64,000 nucleotides of DNA from Cyanobacteria bacterium P01_A01_bin.123 (GTDB lineage Bacteria > Cyanobacteriota > Cyanobacteriia > Phormidesmidales > Phormidesmidaceae): contig JBCBZT010000007.1 in assembly GCA_039815185.1 (NCBI GenBank), positions 32,001 to 96,000 on the forward strand, read 5' to 3'. A program made the position numbers and the translations under genes. Under the pieces are notes generated by a model that saw nothing but the letters and a program-made list of their open reading frames with translations, was not told the DNA's origin and did not search any database. Positions 58,806 to 64,000 of this stretch are shown here, piece by piece. Position 1 is the stretch's first letter; every line of letters begins with the position of its first letter.

Positions 58806-60317
58806 ATGGATCTGCCGCTCATTCTCGACCTCGCTTTAGGCTTGGTTCTGACCTATCTAATACTCAGTTTATTAGCCAGTGAAGTTCAAGAAATTCTGAG
58901 TTCTTTGCTGCAATGGCGAGCTGAACACCTAAGACGCTCGATTGAACAACTACTAGAGGGCGATAGTCTAGAAAATACGGAAGCGGCCCAAGCCTTAGCC
59001 GAACGCCTTTACAGTAGTCCTTTAATTAGCAGCCTGAATTATGAGGCGAAGGGCAGTCTTGCCAGTATTCCACGCAAAATCTTCCATGGTATTGGGGCGC
59101 TCTATCGCAGTATTTTTCGGATTCGCAATACCTTTGGTCAAAACACCAGTGGCCCATCCTATATCCCTTCAAAAACCTTTGCGACTGCGCTGCTCGATAG
59201 CCTCAACTTAGGCAAGTTCCAGCAGCTCTTCACCGAAGCGCGATTGAGAAAATTATTTGAAGATCAGATATGGCTGCCCATTAACCATGTGATCAATGAT
59301 TTGCGGGTCAGTAATGCTAACGAGTATCTATTGGCCTCAGAGCTCAAACTGTTTGAGCAGGCCATCGGTCAAACCTATCAGGACTTTAAAGCCCAACGAA
59401 TTACCCTGAGTCAAACGATACAGCTTGCTTTAACAAAACTGGATAGGCTCATTGCGCAAGCGGAAACAGCATTGCCTGCTGATCACCACTTTACCCAAAC
59501 ATGTTTGACACGGCTGACGCATTTACGGGATGGGCTGGCTGCAACTCCACCCGAAATAGAAGCCCTGCTGCAAAAAATTCAACCGACTTTAGCAGAATTG
59601 CTGCAAATCTTAAATCAAGGTAGTGAGCTTTATCAAGAGGCCAAGACCCTGGCCCAACAGGAAGACGGGATAATGAAGTCCCTAATCGAACAATTGGAAA
59701 GTCAAGCCTTGCCCAATAATTTGAAAGAGAATTTGCTGGGTATGGCAGAGCAAACCCAGCGCACTCTCCAAAAGGTTAGGGTCGATGATGCCTTGCTGGG
59801 GTTTGAACAAGAAGTTGAACAGTGGTTCGATAATGCGATGGAGCGAGCTGGTGGTGTGTATAATCGCAATGCAAAAATCGTGGCAATTTTGATCGGGATT
59901 GCGATTGCCTACTCAGTTAATGCGGATACTTTTCATATTGCTAGTCGTCTGACTAATGATCAGACCTTAAGAGTTAGTATTACCCAGGTTGCCAGTCAAA
60001 TCGATACCAGCTCAATTTCAGCAGATGATCCTGAGCAGTTAAAGGAAGCAATGAACGCGGTCACTAGCACCGTTAGTGATGGTCTGGAAGAATTACCCTT
60101 ACCCATTGGCCGTAAACCCCAAAACTTAGCCCAACAAAAGGCTGCGGAAGAAAACTGGCGCTTTCCCGTGCCCAGGCGTGTCTTTGGGTGGCTGGTGACC
60201 GGGGTAGCTATTTCTATGGGTGCTAACTTTTGGTATAGCCTTCTGAAGCGAGTAATTAATGTCCGCACTACGGGGGACGCTCGTGGTGTGAGGAATAGCA
60301 ATGGATCGGGGGGCTAA
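58806..60317 (+). CDS. Conserved hypothetical membrane protein
   Basis: N-terminal TM, GPSYIP, WFDNAMERAGGVY.R and C-terminal TM GWLVTGVAISMGANFW. Confidence 0.8.
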   Translation: MDLPLILDLALGLVLTYLILSLLASEVQEILSSLLQWRAEHLRRSIEQLLEGDSLENTEAAQALAERLYSSPLISSLNYEAKGSLASIPRKIFHGIGALYRSIFRIRNTFGQNTSGPSYIPSKTFATALLDSLNLGKFQQLFTEARLRKLFEDQIWLPINHVINDLRVSNANEYLLASELKLFEQAIGQTYQDFKAQRITLSQTIQLALTKLDRLIAQAETALPADHHFTQTCLTRLTHLRDGLAATPPEIEALLQKIQPTLAELLQILNQGSELYQEAKTLAQQEDGIMKSLIEQLESQALPNNLKENLLGMAEQTQRTLQKVRVDDALLGFEQEVEQWFDNAMERAGGVYNRNAKIVAILIGIAIAYSVNADTFHIASRLTNDQTLRVSITQVASQIDTSSISADDPEQLKEAMNAVTSTVSDGLEELPLPIGRKPQNLAQQKAAEENWRFPVPRRVFGWLVTGVAISMGANFWYSLLKRVINVRTTGDARGVRNSNGSGG

Positions 60318-61864
60318 AGTGAGTTGGGTAACCAAACTAAAAATGCAGTACCAGAGCCTTGGTTATGGAGGGCTTGGGTGAGCGCTTGGAGCCGCTCGCG
60401 GGGGATGTAGGGGCAGGTTGCTACGGGGCTGAAGACAGCTGTTTCCCCAGCCATACGGATGACTAAATCTTGGGCGATCGCCAACCCCAATCCACTACCT
60501 GGAATGTTGCTATGGGCTTGGATCCCCCGATAGTGCCGATCGAAGATGTGATCGAGATCTTGAGTCGGAATGCCTGGCCCGCTATCGGCGATCAACACGC
60601 CATAAGCCTTAGAATTCGGTTCTGACTGGGGAAAACCTGCCCGGACGTAAAGCCAAGCGCCTTCGGGAGAGTACTTTAAGGCATTCTCTAGCAAGTTATT
60701 CAACACCTCCTCGAGTGCTTGGGGATTGATGTTGACCTGCGGAAACTGATCAGGTAAATCGGTATAGACAGAGATATTACGCAATTGTGCAATTGCCCGG
60801 GTAGAGTCTAACAGCGGCGGCAAAATCATCCCTAGATCATAGGGACTTATTTCTAAGTCAATGCCAAATGCAGTGGGTGGTAACAGCGCTTGAGCAGTAC
60901 TTACCGAAGGATCTTTTACCCCAGCAGGCTGAGATTCGAAATCCTCATCTTCGAAGACGTCATATTCTTCTGTGGCCGCGTCTAAGGTTCTAACCCCGTC
61001 GAAGGGGACAACGTGTGTGTTCTGATCATCTGCTGTTGCGTTGAGCCGTAAGGATGGCAAGGCAGTGGGATGATCTTGCCAATAGCGATCGCCCGCATCC
61101 AATGTTTGATCAAATTGCTGGAGTAAGGCCTGTAAGTGATCGCTTTCGCGCACAATGCTGGCAAGAATTTTCTGACTATTATCGTCACTCAGATGATCTT
61201 TCTCGGCTTGAAGCCGCTTAATTAAGAGTTTGCCAAAGGTGCGTAAGGCGGTGAGGGGATTGCGAAACTGGTGCAGCAAATCATGGAACCCTTGGGATTG
61301 CTGATCTTGGACTAACTGTTTTTGTTGTAGATTGCGTTGCAGCCAGCGATTTTGCTGATCCATAAAGCAGGCGATCGCTAAAGTCTGGGCCACCCGCTTC
61401 ACTTGGGTATGTTCTTGATCACTCCAGGGGCGATCGAACCGAGTGGTGACCAAAAACCCCAAAACCGCACCGTCGTGCATCAACGGCAGCACCAACTTGC
61501 CCATTTCGCCTGTAGAAGGTCCATCGGCCAGCGCAGGAGACCTACTTCCCAACGCCTTAGACAAGGTTTGTTCACGGGGAATTAGTGTTGTAGAGAATGG
61601 CAAATCAACGGATGGGGCATACGGATCAAGCACCGTAGGATTTTGGTCATTGGGTGGCGTAGCCTGACCTGGTAAGGTCAGTTGGGGATAGGCTCTGGCT
61701 GAGTCACCTTCATCGGGATAGACCAAAATCGGTACCAGCTCAGCATCTTGTTCCCCAGCCCAGTGTTTTGCCATATAAACGACAACAGACGCTGCTCCCA
61801 GTGTTTGCGTCAGCAAACCGATCTGAGATTGGCACAAGGTCATGAAATCTGGGCTAATGGCCAT
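60314..61864 (-). CDS. hik2: GAF-domain sensor histidine kinase (Hik2/CSK-like)
   Basis: N-terminal FMTLCQSQI.LL; H-box LLHQFRNPLTAL; N-box NLLENALKY; G-boxes DSGPGI and GSGLGL. Confidence 0.75.
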   Translation of the reverse strand: MAISPDFMTLCQSQIGLLTQTLGAASVVVYMAKHWAGEQDAELVPILVYPDEGDSARAYPQLTLPGQATPPNDQNPTVLDPYAPSVDLPFSTTLIPREQTLSKALGSRSPALADGPSTGEMGKLVLPLMHDGAVLGFLVTTRFDRPWSDQEHTQVKRVAQTLAIACFMDQQNRWLQRNLQQKQLVQDQQSQGFHDLLHQFRNPLTALRTFGKLLIKRLQAEKDHLSDDNSQKILASIVRESDHLQALLQQFDQTLDAGDRYWQDHPTALPSLRLNATADDQNTHVVPFDGVRTLDAATEEYDVFEDEDFESQPAGVKDPSVSTAQALLPPTAFGIDLEISPYDLGMILPPLLDSTRAIAQLRNISVYTDLPDQFPQVNINPQALEEVLNNLLENALKYSPEGAWLYVRAGFPQSEPNSKAYGVLIADSGPGIPTQDLDHIFDRHYRGIQAHSNIPGSGLGLAIAQDLVIRMAGETAVFSPVATCPYIPRERLQALTQALHNQGSGTAFLVWLPNSL

Positions 61865-62019
61865 GGGCTAGTCGAGACTCAAATTATGAGAAAATTTGCA
61901 GAAATTAAGTTTTTATAAATTTTTTTGGGTCTGTTCCAAGCAACTAGGGTCACCGTAAACGCTTGATGTCGTTGGAGTCTTCACATTTTCTGAAGACCTC
62001 ACCAGATATTTAAGAGATG

Positions 62020-62048
62020 TTGAAATTCTAATGTCTAACCGATATACT
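62020..62048 (+). promoter_or_regulatory. Sigma70-type promoter of the DUF3155 gene
   Basis: TTGAAA-17 nt-TATACT. Confidence 0.55.
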
Positions 62049-62117
62049 TGCCTGGGTCAAGAAATTTGTAACCACCACTACATCTGGCCTGTAATAGTTA
62101 AATAGGAGGTAGGCGGT

Positions 62118-62447
62118 TTGGCACGGAGACGCAAGCGGAAGAGCCGTCGTCGCTTAGAAGGGCGTCGCATCTTAGAATGTGTACCCCAGTATAGTATCGA
62201 GAGCGGCAGCGAGAAACCAGTTACAGCAGCGCGTAATTTCATTCATACTGAGGGGATTGCACCACCAGCCCTATTGCTGGTCAAACGCAACGAACACACC
62301 ACCGATCGATATTTTTGGGCTGAAAAAGGGCTCTTCGGTGCGCAGTATGTTGAAGAAAATCATTTTCTATTCCCAAGCCTGCGACTGGAACAGGATGAAG
62401 AAGATGAGGAGATAGAAGTCCCAACGCTGACTGTTACCAGTCGATAG
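62118..62447 (+). CDS. DUF3155 family protein
   Basis: MARRRKRKSRRR...KPVTAAR...VKRNEHTTDRYFWAEKGLFGAQY; AGGAGG RBS. Confidence 0.88.
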   Translation: MARRRKRKSRRRLEGRRILECVPQYSIESGSEKPVTAARNFIHTEGIAPPALLLVKRNEHTTDRYFWAEKGLFGAQYVEENHFLFPSLRLEQDEEDEEIEVPTLTVTSR

Positions 62448-62511
62448 CAGGGGCATATATCTAAAGCAACTGTCGATATAGCTAGTTCCTTGTGCTATGT
62501 CGCTCAGGCAT

Positions 62512-62542
62512 TAAGAGGCAAGCCGTAAAGGTTTGCCTCTTA
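62512..62542. terminator. Stem-loop between convergent genes
   Basis: TAAGAGGCAAGCC-GTAAA-GGTTTGCCTCTTA. Confidence 0.65.
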
Positions 62543-62691
62543 GCGTTTTAGGTTAGATGATTGCGTCAAAAGATATGCCTAAAATTTCCGTTGTGCCCAA
62601 TTTTGAAGGTTTCTGAACTCAAAATCCCGTTGTGGCCAAGCAGTTCAGTAGGACTCAATCCTTGAGTCCTGCGACTAAAGCTAATAAGTCT

Positions 62692-63249
62692 CTAATGCCC
62701 ACTGTCAGATTTTCCAGACGTTAATGCCAGCGATCGCCGGAGTTGAATCAGTTCATCCCGATGGGCTGTTACCGTTAATCGGCTACCTGTTTGAGTCATC
62801 TGGCTGGAGGGTTGAATTTGAAACGAGACCGATTCATCTCGCCCCGCCCGCTGCCAATAAATGATCCCTGCGATTGGCGCGATCGCCAATAGGCCTAAAG
62901 ACCAAATCCAATAACCGGGGGCAGTATAGGCAATCAACAGATCGAAGCATAGGATTCCTGTGGCTGCCAAGGCTGACAGAAAAACTGCCAAAAAAACACT
63001 GGGGCGGACAAATCCCGTCAGATTAATCCGGCTATTATCCGGTTCAATTGCCGCCACTTGGTAAGCGCGACGCTGAAAATACTGCTTCAGTTGTTCAATC
63101 AGAACTGACTCTGTTTCCCGAGACTCAAACGTGAGTGTTGTGGTTCGGTCTTTAAATGAAGCCCGAATGAAGAAAAACAACCCAATGGCAAGTAGCAGGG
63201 TCAGAAAAAAAGTTGAGCTGAGGATAATACTAGTCACAAACAGAAACAA
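62692..63249 (-). CDS. ccb1: Cofactor assembly of complex C subunit B (CCB1, DUF3529)
   Basis: STFFLTLLLAIGLFFFIRASFKDR, YFQRRAY and AHRDEL. Confidence 0.85.
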   Translation of the reverse strand: MFLFVTSIILSSTFFLTLLLAIGLFFFIRASFKDRTTTLTFESRETESVLIEQLKQYFQRRAYQVAAIEPDNSRINLTGFVRPSVFLAVFLSALAATGILCFDLLIAYTAPGYWIWSLGLLAIAPIAGIIYWQRAGRDESVSFQIQPSSQMTQTGSRLTVTAHRDELIQLRRSLALTSGKSDSGH

Positions 63250-63382
63250 TATTGACGACAGGGGGTGTCATCAAATGGCAAACAGACTTGATTCACCCCC
63301 CTATCAGGGTAAACAAAAACGATTGCTTTTGATCAAAGCCTCACCGCGTAAAAATAGCGGCAAAATGCCTGTAAGGCTTACG

Positions 63383-63772
63383 TTATGAGGATGGAGCAAA
63401 GACTTCGCTTTCATGAGTGACTTGGCGGGCATTGCGGACATTCATGTATTGATGCCATAAATCAGCGAGTTCTCGCGCCTTGAGCTGATAGTCAGGGCTA
63501 AGCCGATACATCCGCCGCGGTCTTCCGCGCCCTTCAACCTTCTTCCAGTAGCCCGTAATTGCGTTTTCGTCTTCTAAGAACTTGAGAGCGCCATAGAGAA
63601 CAGTATCTGAGAGTCGATAGCCTATATATTGCTGTAGTAATGCTTGAATCAACTCTGTACCATAGGAATCCCGATGGATGAGAACGGCTAGAACATAGCA
63701 CACTGCCAATTCCTTATTGAGATAGATCGGCGGGGGATCTGCAAAAAATTGATAGATATCCTCAAATTTCAT
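63383..63772 (-). CDS. pex: PadR-family circadian period extender Pex
   Basis: IYQFFADPPPIYLNKELAVCYVL, SYGTELI, RLSDTVLY.AL and GRGRPRRMY. Confidence 0.85.
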   Translation of the reverse strand: MKFEDIYQFFADPPPIYLNKELAVCYVLAVLIHRDSYGTELIQALLQQYIGYRLSDTVLYGALKFLEDENAITGYWKKVEGRGRPRRMYRLSPDYQLKARELADLWHQYMNVRNARQVTHESEVFAPSS

Positions 63773-64000
63773 AAGGCTGCTCCAAGCTTTTGCAATACGA
63801 AGATCACGAGTAGGACGTAAAAAGTAACGCACTACTAGACTCAATCGAAAGCACGAACCCCATCCCAACCCTCAGAAAGCTTTGACTTGGGGGGTTTTAC
63901 GGGAGCAACTGCTCTAGGTTAAACAACAAAACTAGGCCATTACAATACAAACGAGGCAGCACGAGCCTGGGCGAGGTTTTGTGGTGGATAACAGGGCGCT

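Noticed and set aside
62650..62670. GGACTCAA...TTGAGTCC hairpin resembling the one at 51841
   Set aside because: Short, and both fit ordinary terminators; too little evidence for a repeat family.

Overview
This is a cyanobacterial chromosome segment: the HIP1 octamer GCGATCGC is frequent, and ndhD, ggpS, raf1, sipA, pedR, pex, ccb1, hik2 and cyAbrB are present. ggpS points to a salt-tolerant strain. Two housekeeping blocks (about 1-20.3 kb and 42.4-64 kb) flank a ~22 kb accessory island (~20.4-42.4 kb) that ends at the 3' end of tRNA-Ala(GGC), beside a tyrosine-integrase remnant. The island holds decayed small ORFs, a Uma2 gene, an IS701-like element and a co-oriented cluster of caspase-fold proteases and partners. 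The cluster has four signal-peptide TPR-CHAT proteases with intact His/Cys dyads, a Tat-signal orthocaspase, a membrane TPR protein, a secreted beta-rich/TPR protein and a truncated fifth TPR gene. All four CHAT proteins carry an RGG(G)FELV peptide, which sits in a different loop in one of them. Each CHAT gene is preceded by the same 23-bp DNA motif, GTACCC-N4-GGRGM-ATATCCAA. This looks like a modular, co-regulated extracytoplasmic proteolytic system and is the best candidate for something undescribed. All calls come from reading the sequence and ORF track; no searches were run.
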